In this document: positions 8,905 through 18,998 of the stretch, piece by piece
Numbering within the stretch: the first letter of the stretch is position 1
Layout of the letters: each line of letters opens with the position of its first letter
Origin: an uncultured virus (IMG/VR IMGVR_UViG_3300010158_000044)
Taxonomy: Duplodnaviria; Heunggongvirae; Uroviricota; Caudoviricetes
Length of the DNA stretch: 64,000 nt
Virus record (IMG/VR): IMGVR_UViG_3300010158_000044
Reading direction: 5' to 3' (one strand)
The notes under the pieces: generated by a model
Told to the model about the DNA's origin: nothing
What the model saw: only the letters and a program-made list of their open reading frames with translations
Databases searched by the model: none
Translations under genes and position numbers: made by a program

Positions 8905-8937
8905 GAAAACAACCTAACCCTAAAGGAGAAACCCCGA

Positions 8938-10947
8938 ATGGCAAATCTTGCCCGTCCCGGAGTCTATATCCAAGAAGTGTCTCTTCCACAAGCTGTGCAG
9001 GCTGCAAATACTGCAAACGCTGTCGGAGCATTTGTTGGAATTCTTCCACAAGGTCCTACATCAGCACCTGTACAAGTAAGTACTTGGCCAGATTTTGTTA
9101 AGACTTTTGGTGGATTAAATGACTTATACCCAACTACTTGGGCTGCTTATAACTTTTTTGCTAATAACGGCCGCAACCTATATGTAAAGCGTGTTATTGG
9201 ATCAGGTTCTGGAATAGGAACTGTCGCTATTAACGATGGTACCGGAACCACTACTACCACTACTGCTACAGTTACTGCAGCCTCTAGTCAATCTACTACA
9301 GCTACAGTTACCGCAGCATCAGCTGCATCCGGTACAGTTACCTATACAGCAACTAATACGTTTGTAGCTGGTCAAACAGTATCTATTACTGGTTTATCTA
9401 CAGCTGCTTTTAACTTAACTTCTGTAACAATTGCTACAGCTACTGGTTCACAATTTACAGTAACAAATGCTGCTACAGGAACCGCAGTAACTGGTGCTAC
9501 AGCTACAGCTACGGCTCTAAGTAATACCGTTACATACACAGCTACTAACACATTTGCCGTTGGACAGACAGTAACTATTACTGGTCTTTCAACAACAGCA
9601 TTTAACTTAAGTAGCGCAACTATTGCTACTCGCTCAAGCTCACAGTTTACTGTTACAAGTACCGCTACAGGTACTGCAGTTACTGGTGCCTCTGCCACAG
9701 CTACTGTTACTGTAACAACAGCTTCTAATACAGTATTTACTATTAACGCTGCTAGCGCAGGAGCTTGGTCTGGTGCTTATTCAGTTAAGATTGTAACCGC
9801 AGGATCTGCTTCTCGTTTTGGTCTTGAGGTTTACCAGACAACTACTGTTAATGGAAACTCAACCACAACTTTGCTTGAGTCTTACACCGATTTAAGTATG
9901 TCCTCGACAGATAGAAATTTTGTTTTATCTGTTGTTAACTCTAATACTACTTCAGTAATTAATATCTCTAATAGTTTAGATAATACAAAGTCTCCAGCAG
10001 TTAACGCAACACCTGTTGCGCTTTCTGGGGGCAGTGATGGTACAACTGTTGCACGTGCAGATTATGCTTCTGCTTGGACAACATTTGATTCAATAGTTAA
10101 CCCATTGGTTATTTACGCACCAGATGCTCCATATGCTGCAACAGGTACTCTAACCGCACAACTTCACGGCGATGCTGTGGTTTATGCTTCTAGTCGTACT
10201 GACTGTTTTGCAGTATTTGATACTCCTTCTGGACTGTCAGCAACAGCTGCACAAACTCAAGTAACTGCAACATACGCAATTTTTTCTGGAGCTACTTCAG
10301 GAAATATTGCTGCAGCTTACTATCCTTGGTATAACATCCCAGATACAACTAAGAGCATTGGCGTAACTCGTCTACAAGCTCCTGGTGCTGGTGTTGTTGG
10401 TCAATACATTGCAACTGATGCTTCTCGTGGTCCATCTAAAACTCCAGCAGGTCTTCAAAATGTTATGGCTCTTGCCGTATCTACTGAACACTTGTTTACT
10501 AACGCTGAGCTAGACGCCATTAATACAAGTGTTGACCCTATTAACGCCATTCGTCAGGTTCCTGGCGCAGGTATCGTTATCATGGGTGGTCGCACTCTAG
10601 ATAATACTCCAAATAATCGTTATATCAACATTCGACGTTCTTTGATTTACATTGAAAAGTCTATGAATGATCTAACATCATTTGCTTTGTTTGAGAACAA
10701 TGACTCACGTCTATGGGCTCAAATTCGCACTAATTTAAATAGCTTCTTGCTTGCTTATTGGCAATCAGGTGGCCTACGTGGAACAAACCCAACTCAAGCA
10801 TATTACGTAAAGTGCGATGCAACTACAACCAGCTTCAGTGATATGCAGCAAGGTAAAGTTAATATTGAAGTTGGAGTTTCTCTTGAATACCCAGCAGAGT
10901 TCGTTGTCATTAAACTTGGACAACTAACCGGAAACGCTTCAGCGTAA
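8938..10947 (+). CDS. contractile tail sheath protein
   Basis: RPGVYIQE N-terminus; AAAYYPW, RGPSKTPAG, GGRTL, YINIRR, FENN, PAEFVVI sheath motifs. Confidence 0.95.
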   Translation: MANLARPGVYIQEVSLPQAVQAANTANAVGAFVGILPQGPTSAPVQVSTWPDFVKTFGGLNDLYPTTWAAYNFFANNGRNLYVKRVIGSGSGIGTVAINDGTGTTTTTTATVTAASSQSTTATVTAASAASGTVTYTATNTFVAGQTVSITGLSTAAFNLTSVTIATATGSQFTVTNAATGTAVTGATATATALSNTVTYTATNTFAVGQTVTITGLSTTAFNLSSATIATRSSSQFTVTSTATGTAVTGASATATVTVTTASNTVFTINAASAGAWSGAYSVKIVTAGSASRFGLEVYQTTTVNGNSTTTLLESYTDLSMSSTDRNFVLSVVNSNTTSVINISNSLDNTKSPAVNATPVALSGGSDGTTVARADYASAWTTFDSIVNPLVIYAPDAPYAATGTLTAQLHGDAVVYASSRTDCFAVFDTPSGLSATAAQTQVTATYAIFSGATSGNIAAAYYPWYNIPDTTKSIGVTRLQAPGAGVVGQYIATDASRGPSKTPAGLQNVMALAVSTEHLFTNAELDAINTSVDPINAIRQVPGAGIVIMGGRTLDNTPNNRYINIRRSLIYIEKSMNDLTSFALFENNDSRLWAQIRTNLNSFLLAYWQSGGLRGTNPTQAYYVKCDATTTSFSDMQQGKVNIEVGVSLEYPAEFVVIKLGQLTGNASA

Positions 10948-10962
10948 AGGAGATAAATAAAA

Positions 10963-11586
10963 ATGGCATCACCAACAGAAAATCTACTTAGTACCTTAAT
11001 GACGGACCCAGTCCGTAATTTTAAGTTCCTAGTAACTTTTAATCCAACAACAGAATGGGGCAAAGGCGATAAGCCAATGAAGATGGGGTTTGTATCTCTA
11101 TCTGGCCTATCTGTAACGACTGAACCAATTGCTTACCGTGAAGGTGGATACAATACTAACGTTCACCAGATCCCGGGTCAATCTGCGTTTACTCCAATTA
11201 CTCTTTCTAAAGGAGTATTGTTGGGACAAGATTCAAATCCAAAATGGATGAAGCGTCTATTCTCAGTCCTAACCCCTAGCCTTACAACAGGCGTAGGACA
11301 AGGATTTCGTTGCGACCTTGATATCCAAGTTTTAAGTCATCCTAATCCACAAGCAGATACAGGTGCGGGAGCTCAAGCAGCACTTCCTGAAGATCAACAC
11401 ACCTCTCTTCGCTTCCGTGTTTATAATGCTTGGATCTCATCACTTTCCTACAGTAATCTAGACGCAGGTGCTAATACCCTTATGGTAGAAGACATGGTTC
11501 TAGTTCATGAAGGTTTTGATGTACAATACGCAAAGGATTACACATCAACAGGTTCAGCCGATGGAAAGACTTTCCTAGGACGATAA
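10963..11586 (+). CDS. tail tube protein (T4 gp19-like)
   Basis: DP.RNFKF, GF..LSGL, YREGG, PG....PITL.KG, VYNAW, LDA, L.HEG. Confidence 0.92.
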   Translation: MASPTENLLSTLMTDPVRNFKFLVTFNPTTEWGKGDKPMKMGFVSLSGLSVTTEPIAYREGGYNTNVHQIPGQSAFTPITLSKGVLLGQDSNPKWMKRLFSVLTPSLTTGVGQGFRCDLDIQVLSHPNPQADTGAGAQAALPEDQHTSLRFRVYNAWISSLSYSNLDAGANTLMVEDMVLVHEGFDVQYAKDYTSTGSADGKTFLGR

Positions 11587-11606
11587 ATTAAACAAAGGTA
11601 AATAAC

Positions 11607-12428
11607 ATGGCAAATGATACGACTATAAATGCGACAAGCAATCCAGCTTTAGCAAATGAAATTGCAGCTAAGGCAATGACTTCACCGGATCCGGTGGTGG
11701 CAGCTAGTACCCAAAAGGTTTCTACACTGCCGCCACCTGATACGACGGTTGAACTATTGGGAGGTTTAGTAGATCCATTTTTGGGCTTAATTTCTACAGC
11801 AGAGATTAGAGAATTAAATGGGATAGATGAGGAATTAATCTCTAAGATTAATGATCCAGGTAAAGCCCTACTAACAATCCTAGAAAGAGCTACAGTAAAG
11901 ATTGGCGATGAACCCGCAGATAAAGAGACGTTAGATGCTCTCTATGCCGGAGATCGTGAGCTTTTACTTTTAGCTATTAGAAATGCTACTTTTGGTACTG
12001 AGGTTAAACTTGGACCAGGAGAATGCCCAAGCTGTGGCGTAGAGCAGGTATTTGAAATAGATTTGGTTAAAGATGTGCCCCTTAAAAAACTTGATGGGGA
12101 CCATATTTTTACCGTTAAATGTAAGGTTGGAGATGTAGTAGTAACTCTTCCTACTGGAAGTACGCAAAAAGCTATTGTTACGTCTACCAATAAAACTTCA
12201 GCAGAATTAGATACAATTCTTTTGAAGAATTGCATTGAGTCCATTAACGATATTCCAGTACTTAGTTTAGACGATGTTCGAAAACTAAGTTTAAAAGATC
12301 GTAGAGACATTTTGCAAGAGATTACAAACCGCAACCCAGGCCCACAACTCAGTGAAATAAAAATTCCATGTCAGTCTTGCGGCACGGAGGTACCGCTTCC
12401 GCTAACTTTAGCGGAGTTGTTTCGCTAA
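11607..12428 (+). CDS. tail assembly chaperone / T4 gp26-like hub assembly protein
   Basis: between tube and tape measure; GDRELLLLAIRNATFG, two CxxCG motifs. Confidence 0.7.
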   Translation: MANDTTINATSNPALANEIAAKAMTSPDPVVAASTQKVSTLPPPDTTVELLGGLVDPFLGLISTAEIRELNGIDEELISKINDPGKALLTILERATVKIGDEPADKETLDALYAGDRELLLLAIRNATFGTEVKLGPGECPSCGVEQVFEIDLVKDVPLKKLDGDHIFTVKCKVGDVVVTLPTGSTQKAIVTSTNKTSAELDTILLKNCIESINDIPVLSLDDVRKLSLKDRRDILQEITNRNPGPQLSEIKIPCQSCGTEVPLPLTLAELFR

Positions 12429-12573
12429 CGAGATTGACTACGAACTGCTTATGGATATGCAGGATCTATTGATCCAAAGTTATCCTGGGTGGACATTAAA
12501 TGAGGTACGTAACCTTAGTATGAGGGAACGTATAAATTGGTTAGATAGAGCTACGGCTAGAATAAGGCGGTGA
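12421..12573 (+). CDS. second tail-chaperone segment (+1 frame; possible frameshift extension, own ATG at 12451)
   Basis: read manually: FANEIDYELLMDMQDLLIQSYPGWTLNEVRNLSMRERINWL; W....I..L...R pattern typical of chaperone extensions. Confidence 0.6.
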   Translation, partial: FANEIDYELLMDMQDLLIQSYPGWTLNEVRNLSMRERINWLDRATARIRR

Positions 12574-12578
12574 TGTAA

Positions 12579-14876
12579 ATGGCAACTCAAAGTATGTTCC
12601 CACCATCGGATGCTGAGTCTACGCCTTTTTCTGCCATGGGAGATGATGTTGACTTTGATGGTCTTCCTAAAAACTTTATTAAATACTTTAAAGAGGCTAA
12701 AAAACTTGTAGACCAAATGGTTGATGAGTGGTCTAAAGCCATTAAAGACACCGAAGCCGCTACAGGAAAAATGAGTGCAGGAAGGCCTGGCGCTGGACGC
12801 CTAGGCCTTGGTGAGTTTACCCGTGCTGAAAAAGTAGGTATAGGTATTGGCGTAGCAACTGCTGGGGCGGCTGTCTATAGCTCCATGGCACCTAATACTA
12901 TGGCTGCTGTTACGCAACGTATGGGTGCGGATACATATGCCGGACTTAGTGGCATGTCCTCCCGTACTGCAATTCTTCAAGCTAACAATCAAGTAGGCGG
13001 CGGAGCAACAAGTGCTATGGGTCCAACCATGGCCGCAATGAACTTAATGTATCAAGGTGGTTATACCGCTAATTCACTAAGCTCTAAAAATATTATGGGT
13101 CAACTTGCTGGCCTAAGTGCTATGACTGGCATGAGCAACGAACAGGCTGCTGCAAGTATGGCCGGTATGAATGGCATGAGTTTCTTACGTGCTGGCATTC
13201 AAATCCGTGATCGTCAAGGTAACTTAAAACCGCCAAACCAAATTATTAATGACGTATATAGCTTTTTGTATCGTGGACAAAAGATTACAAAAGAACAAGC
13301 AGCAATGGTATTAAACCCTGGAAGTAAGGGTTATGCAACCATTCAACAAATTACTGGTGGCGACCAAGCATTAATGCAGACTATTCAAGCAGGTATTTTA
13401 GCTCGTGCATCTAATGGCTCTTCGCTTACTTCATCTCAAATGAAAGACCCAAACTCAATTCTTAATGCTATGGGCGTAGATCAAAGCAGCCCTATTCGTG
13501 CTAACTTTAGATTTAACTCTAGTGAAAATAAAAAACTTGCCGCAACTGAACAAGGTTTAGTCGGTGGTTATGATGCATCTCTTCGTACTGCTGCATCACT
13601 TAATGATGCATACAGCACTATGGCAGGATTGCTTGGTCCGGTTAATCAGGGTCTTATGACTCTTAAGGGTATTCTTCAAACATTCCCTAATGCTGGTGGC
13701 ATGGGAGGAACTGTTTCTGGTTTAGCCGGTGGTGCTATGGGTCTTGCAAAAGACTATATGGGCTACAAGATGATGAGTAAAATTTTGGGCGGTGCTGGTG
13801 CCGCTGCAGGTGGAAAATCATTATTAGGTAAGATGGGTGGTTTCTTAAAGGGTGCTGGAAGATTTATATCAAAACCAAAAAATCTTATTAAGATAGGAGA
13901 GATTGGGCTTTTAGAAACACAAGCTGCTTTAGCTGAAGCAGGGACTGTAGGTACTCTAGGAACTGCAGATGAAGTTGCTACTCAAGCACTTGTAGCTAAA
14001 ATTCTTTCTGCTGGTGGTAAAGGTGGCCCTAGTGATCACGGTAACTTAGGTACTGGAGCTTCTGGAAGTTCTGCTCCGCTATCTTTTTATAGCCCTGTTC
14101 CAAAGGGAACTCACATTACTTCTGAATTTGGAAAACGTGAATCTCCTGGAGGTAAAGGATCTATTGACCATAAAGGTATTGACTTTGGTACAGCCGTAGG
14201 AAGTACACTAACCGCTGTTACCGATGGACACATTAGTTATCTTGGCAATGACGCTATGGGTTATGGTAACTGGATTGAGGTACAACATGATGATGGTACT
14301 AAATCTAGATATGCCCACATGTCTCAAGTTAGTGTTTCTAGGGGACAAAAAGTAACTCCTGGACAAGCTCTTGGTAAATCCGGAGGTAAATCTGGTGCCG
14401 CTGGAGCGGGTAACTCTACTGGTCCCCATCTTCACTTTGAAATTCTTAACGAAAAAGGAGTAAAGATAAACCCTGCTCCTTATTTAAGTGGGGCACCTGC
14501 AACCCCTATTAGTGCTAGTTCTAATTCAGTTATAGTACCTAAGGGTGTTTCTGGTCAATCTATGGCTATTGCAAAAAATACAAAAGCTAAAAAAATTGTA
14601 AGCAATCACTCAGTAAATATAAAAAGTTTATCAAGTCCAAGTTTAGGAACATCATTAACTAGCGCAGGATTTAATGAAGATTTAGGTGGTCCTATTGAAG
14701 GTATGAATATTGGAACTGCTAAAGGTATGTCTAGTGGTAAAAATGTAGTTATTAATCTACAAATGAAAGTTAATATTGCTCAAGGAAGCGTTCAAGAAAC
14801 AGATCGTATGGTTAAATTAATTGGTAAAAAACTTGCTGAAAGTGATGTACTTAAGAGGATTGGAAGTGCTCTTTAA
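12579..14876 (+). CDS. tape measure protein with C-terminal M23 peptidase
   Basis: Ala/Gly/Met-rich helical body; HKGID, YGNW, YAHM, GNSTGPHLHFE M23 motifs. Confidence 0.9.
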   Translation: MATQSMFPPSDAESTPFSAMGDDVDFDGLPKNFIKYFKEAKKLVDQMVDEWSKAIKDTEAATGKMSAGRPGAGRLGLGEFTRAEKVGIGIGVATAGAAVYSSMAPNTMAAVTQRMGADTYAGLSGMSSRTAILQANNQVGGGATSAMGPTMAAMNLMYQGGYTANSLSSKNIMGQLAGLSAMTGMSNEQAAASMAGMNGMSFLRAGIQIRDRQGNLKPPNQIINDVYSFLYRGQKITKEQAAMVLNPGSKGYATIQQITGGDQALMQTIQAGILARASNGSSLTSSQMKDPNSILNAMGVDQSSPIRANFRFNSSENKKLAATEQGLVGGYDASLRTAASLNDAYSTMAGLLGPVNQGLMTLKGILQTFPNAGGMGGTVSGLAGGAMGLAKDYMGYKMMSKILGGAGAAAGGKSLLGKMGGFLKGAGRFISKPKNLIKIGEIGLLETQAALAEAGTVGTLGTADEVATQALVAKILSAGGKGGPSDHGNLGTGASGSSAPLSFYSPVPKGTHITSEFGKRESPGGKGSIDHKGIDFGTAVGSTLTAVTDGHISYLGNDAMGYGNWIEVQHDDGTKSRYAHMSQVSVSRGQKVTPGQALGKSGGKSGAAGAGNSTGPHLHFEILNEKGVKINPAPYLSGAPATPISASSNSVIVPKGVSGQSMAIAKNTKAKKIVSNHSVNIKSLSSPSLGTSLTSAGFNEDLGGPIEGMNIGTAKGMSSGKNVVINLQMKVNIAQGSVQETDRMVKLIGKKLAESDVLKRIGSAL

Positions 14877-16642
14877 TGGCTACAAAATATTATGCAGATG
14901 TTAAACGTTATAAAACAGAGCGAGAAGGAGAATCTCTTGCTACTTTACTTAACACAGCAGAAGTAACAAGAGTTCCTGATACTAATATTATAACTAATAC
15001 TGCATGGTATGTTTATTATGTAATTGATATCTATGCCAGTAATATACAAACTTTTTCTGATTGGCAAACTGCTTTTAACGCTGGAACTACCGGAATTGAT
15101 GGCAAAGGAATATTAGTATCAACTAACTCATCTACTAATCAAAGAAATGGATTAGAGGCAGGATTAACTATTGGAGTTACTGTTAGTCCAGGCACTACTG
15201 ATAAAAATGTTCGCACAGGAGGACTTATATATGAAAATTCTCATTATAGAATTAGTTTTAATCGCACCTCAAAAACTACAAATGGTCAGGTAGTAGCTAC
15301 ACCTCAAATTGAGGCTTATACAAAAAGTACTCTTAGCCCTAATGCAACAAAAATTTCAGGTATAAACTGGAGAACTACATCTAATGCAGTACCAAGTATT
15401 ACTTGGACAACTACACATACTCAACCAACTTTTCCAGCACCTGCTATTGAAATAGCTACTAGAGATGCAAGTGGTGTGGGAGCTAAACTTTCTCCTGGAT
15501 ATGAGCAAACAGTTTCAAATTATTACTATGACATTTGTTCTACACAGTGGTGGTTTTTAATATATCATCTTACCCAAAGTTATTCAGTTCTTTGGAGCTG
15601 TGATAAAAATGGAAACACATTAACAGCGCACCCTGCACCAAAAGATGCAGATTTGGTCACAAAAAGTTCTAAACTTAAATTTAGTCAAGCAGCTTTACAG
15701 CAATGGTTAAGAATAAAAAGTAGTAGTACAGATTGTAATGCTGTAGATCGAGTTACCTATAAAAGTATTCCTACTGAAGAACCAAAAGATGTTTATAGAT
15801 ATAATCCACCTCCATATGATCAAGCTTCAAGAACATCTTTTTCAGAAAAATTAATTTATGATACTACTAATGATTATAGTTATAGAGATCTTTATACGGT
15901 TACAAATAGGTTAAAAACTGTTCCAACTTTTGCAGCAAGTGAACGTGGAACAATTTATCAAGATGTAAATGGAGCTAAAACTTTAAATAGAAACCCTGAT
16001 AAATTAAAAGAAGTTATTTCTACAGGATCAAATCAATGGGGTTTTAGATTTATGTACAATCCAACTACATTTAATTATAATACATCTTCTAACAATTCAA
16101 TTGATTGGACTTTAGGTTCAAAAGATCCTGCTAGTTTACTTACTGGTAATTCAACTGTATCTTTTGAATTATATTTAAATAGAATTCCTGATTTAAGTTA
16201 TTTACGAATGTCATATCCAGAAGTTCCTCAAAAACAATTGTACGGTAGAGATTTAAAACCTTGGGAAATAGAGGGCATTTTAAATCGTGGTACAGAGTAT
16301 GATATAGAATTTTTATACCGTGTTTTAAATGGAGATCCTTTAAAAAAACCACTGTTATTTGATAGTTTATATGAAGGTGCTACTGCAGATTTTGGTTATA
16401 CTACTGGTGTTCCTTGTTGGCTTCAATTAAATAAAAATTTAAAATATTTTGGGTCAGTAACTGGTTTTCAAGTAAATCATGTTATGTTTGATCTAAACAT
16501 GGTCCCTATGTTGAGCACAGTAAACATTACGTTTAGTCGTTACCCAGCTTTATGGACAGATAGTAGTTTACCGGCAAGCGTTGTTGGGGCAGATTCTATT
16601 AAACAGTGGATAGCTAATGGCGGAAAGGCACCGGGTTCATAA
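14876..16642 (+). CDS. baseplate/tail-tube initiator-like protein
   Basis: position after tape measure; GFRFMYNP and HVMFD.NMVP...V.I C-terminal domain. Confidence 0.55.
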   Translation: MATKYYADVKRYKTEREGESLATLLNTAEVTRVPDTNIITNTAWYVYYVIDIYASNIQTFSDWQTAFNAGTTGIDGKGILVSTNSSTNQRNGLEAGLTIGVTVSPGTTDKNVRTGGLIYENSHYRISFNRTSKTTNGQVVATPQIEAYTKSTLSPNATKISGINWRTTSNAVPSITWTTTHTQPTFPAPAIEIATRDASGVGAKLSPGYEQTVSNYYYDICSTQWWFLIYHLTQSYSVLWSCDKNGNTLTAHPAPKDADLVTKSSKLKFSQAALQQWLRIKSSSTDCNAVDRVTYKSIPTEEPKDVYRYNPPPYDQASRTSFSEKLIYDTTNDYSYRDLYTVTNRLKTVPTFAASERGTIYQDVNGAKTLNRNPDKLKEVISTGSNQWGFRFMYNPTTFNYNTSSNNSIDWTLGSKDPASLLTGNSTVSFELYLNRIPDLSYLRMSYPEVPQKQLYGRDLKPWEIEGILNRGTEYDIEFLYRVLNGDPLKKPLLFDSLYEGATADFGYTTGVPCWLQLNKNLKYFGSVTGFQVNHVMFDLNMVPMLSTVNITFSRYPALWTDSSLPASVVGADSIKQWIANGGKAPGS

Positions 16643-16923
16643 TGATTGAAAGAGTATCAAGATATTATGACGGTTCTTTAACTCAAACTCCTCATAAATA
16701 TACAGGAGATTACATTATCTCTGTATTTAGAAATTTTCCTGATAGCAAAACAATTAATTATATTAGTTATACTTGGAAAAATGGAGATAATCTTTCTAGA
16801 CTTTCTGAGGTATTTGGTATAGGAGCAAAGTATTGGTGGGAAATTATGGAAATTAATCCTGAAATTGACGACCCATTTGGTATTCCAGAAGGAACTATAT
16901 TAAGGATTCCTTATGGCAATTAA
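16642..16923 (+). CDS. LysM/tail protein X-like baseplate wedge protein
   Basis: GDNL..LS, WWEI.EINP.I.DP..IP.GT.LRIP. Confidence 0.85.
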   Translation: MIERVSRYYDGSLTQTPHKYTGDYIISVFRNFPDSKTINYISYTWKNGDNLSRLSEVFGIGAKYWWEIMEINPEIDDPFGIPEGTILRIPYGN

Positions 16924-17779
16924 CACTAACACTCCTGATCAAAAAAACTTTGTATGGAACTCTAACGCACAAGATAGTACTTTTGCCGCATCTTTTCCTA
17001 AAGCTTCTGACATGGATCTTATATTAATTAGTGCTGAACTACATCAAGATCCAGAAGAACACGATCGTTTAGTTCTTCATTACAAAGGTAAACCAGTTAA
17101 TAGGCGACAGGCATTACTCTCAGGTGATCCAATAATCTTTACCTATCGGTCAGGAAAGTTAAAGTCTACTTGGCATGGGTATATTCACCATGTTCGTCAA
17201 GACAATACTTTTCAAGGTGGTAATACAGATGTTGTCTGCGTAGGTGCATCTTGGGTGTTAAAAAATACAGATCAAAAAATCTATAAAAATATAACCTCAG
17301 ACCAAGTTATTTCTAAAATTGCTAAAAAACATAGTATGGAAGCAGTGACTCAAAGAGATCCTAGAGTACGAGATCAAGTTGTTCAATCTGGTCAAAGTGA
17401 TTGGCAACTATGTAGAAGTTTAGCTAAACAAACTGGTTTTGCATTATTAACTGAAAATACTACTATTACTTTTGTATCTAAAGATAAAATTTATCAAAGT
17501 AAAAAAATGTCAGCCCCATACTTTAACTATGTAGATGATGAAATAGGTGGAGTAGTTCCAAGAGAACTTCGTATGACAGGAACTATTCTTATCTTTGAAC
17601 CTGAAATTTCAGACCAGGCTCCAGAAGCTGGGTTAAGAATTGATAGGGTTATTAGTGGAATTAATAGTAAAACTGCTTCTACAATTAAAGTTACTCATTC
17701 ACATACTGCCCCTAAGAGGGGCAATCCTGGAGTTGTTATTCCTAGTAAAACTTATTTTACTCAGAAAATTGGTAAATAA
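16913..17779 (+). CDS. baseplate hub (gpD/gp27-like), N-terminal part
   Basis: QSGQSDWQL...LAK.TGF; T..Q.I.KIAKKH. Confidence 0.75.
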   Translation: MAINTNTPDQKNFVWNSNAQDSTFAASFPKASDMDLILISAELHQDPEEHDRLVLHYKGKPVNRRQALLSGDPIIFTYRSGKLKSTWHGYIHHVRQDNTFQGGNTDVVCVGASWVLKNTDQKIYKNITSDQVISKIAKKHSMEAVTQRDPRVRDQVVQSGQSDWQLCRSLAKQTGFALLTENTTITFVSKDKIYQSKKMSAPYFNYVDDEIGGVVPRELRMTGTILIFEPEISDQAPEAGLRIDRVISGINSKTASTIKVTHSHTAPKRGNPGVVIPSKTYFTQKIGK

Positions 17780-18393
17780 TGAGTAACTTTTCTAATAATA
17801 AATCTGACGGTACACAAACTGCTGTATTTAAAAAACATCATCCCCATGAAGTAATTAAAGATTTAGTTAACTCTAAACATGTTGCCCAGTCCTATAATGA
17901 ATCTAATAAGTATCAACATAGAGCAAAAGTTAGTATAGTAGGGCATGCTACTTTGCGTCCTTATGATCCAATTTATCTTGATGGTCTTCCTAATGGTATG
18001 TCTGGTTACTGGACAGTTCTTTCTGTTGAACATGTGTTCGGAGGACGTGTTGCAAACTACATTTTAAACCTTGAAGTTGGCACAGATTTTATTGGGGATA
18101 GTGATCCTAAAGCTAGAGATAGATCTGATACTAGGGATGTTCAAAGTGATTTTGCAAATCAATCATTAACTAGTGCCTCTTCTAAATTAGTTGAGTACAA
18201 CTTATCCCCAAATTCTTCAACTCTTAATCCTTCTTATGGAGCTACTGTTAAAACGGCTGTACAAAATATATCTCAAATTGCTGTACCTAAAGTTGCTGGA
18301 AGTACTAATTTTATCTATTCTCCACCAAATATTGATGGAATTAAAAAAACGGTACAATGGTCTGCTACTAGTAGTGGAAAGGTACTACAATGA
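17779..18393 (+). CDS. baseplate hub (gpD-like), C-terminal part
   Basis: G.ATLRP...I.LDGL...SG.W.V.SVEH.F; TAATG coupling. Confidence 0.7.
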   Translation: MSNFSNNKSDGTQTAVFKKHHPHEVIKDLVNSKHVAQSYNESNKYQHRAKVSIVGHATLRPYDPIYLDGLPNGMSGYWTVLSVEHVFGGRVANYILNLEVGTDFIGDSDPKARDRSDTRDVQSDFANQSLTSASSKLVEYNLSPNSSTLNPSYGATVKTAVQNISQIAVPKVAGSTNFIYSPPNIDGIKKTVQWSATSSGKVLQ

Positions 18394-18998
18394 ATCACAG
18401 CACTGAATATATGATGGATCCTCAGGGTCGTCCTCGTTTTTATGGTATTTACTCTGGACAAGTAACTAACGTAAAAGATCCTTTAAATAAAAATAGAATT
18501 CAAGTTTTAGTTCATGGACCTACTGGTGTTGAATCTCATAATTGGGCTTCAGCTTGTTTACCCATTACAGACTCCTCTTATCATCCAGATCATCTACCAC
18601 ATACAGCAACACAAGTTGCTGCCCTTCTTACAACCTCTACAACAAGTGCATCAGGTTCAGATCCTCAAGGAGGAACAGTAACCATTAGTATCCCAGCACT
18701 TACTGTAGTTGCTAAAGATGCAACTAAACAACTTAATCATGCCCACACACCAACTAAAACTATGATTACAAAAAATGTTGCCGTAACTGCACCTACATCT
18801 ACAACAGACATACAGGAAACTAGCGCCTATACTACTGCTAGTGGTCTCAGTGCTCCTGGAATTACTAGTTCATCTACTAGTCTTAAAACCCCAGAGCATA
18901 CATTTCACAGAACTATTCCTGCGGTAAACCAACTAGTTTGGGTAATGTTTATTGCTGGGGATCCTGATTACCCAGTATGGATAGGAGTACAGTCATGA
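18390..18998 (+). CDS. baseplate spike (gp5/gpV/VgrG OB-fold) with His-rich insert
   Basis: FYGIY.G.V....DP....RIQV.V...WA..C and P.V...VWVMF.AGDP.YPVW.G. Confidence 0.85.
   Translation: MNHSTEYMMDPQGRPRFYGIYSGQVTNVKDPLNKNRIQVLVHGPTGVESHNWASACLPITDSSYHPDHLPHTATQVAALLTTSTTSASGSDPQGGTVTISIPALTVVAKDATKQLNHAHTPTKTMITKNVAVTAPTSTTDIQETSAYTTASGLSAPGITSSSTSLKTPEHTFHRTIPAVNQLVWVMFIAGDPDYPVWIGVQS

Noticed and set aside
9372..9698. Antisense ORFs over repetitive genes (also 2330-2641, 11942-12334, 36377-36808, 57897-58088)
   Set aside because: Shadows of biased codon usage on the coding strand; no RBS or recognisable motifs
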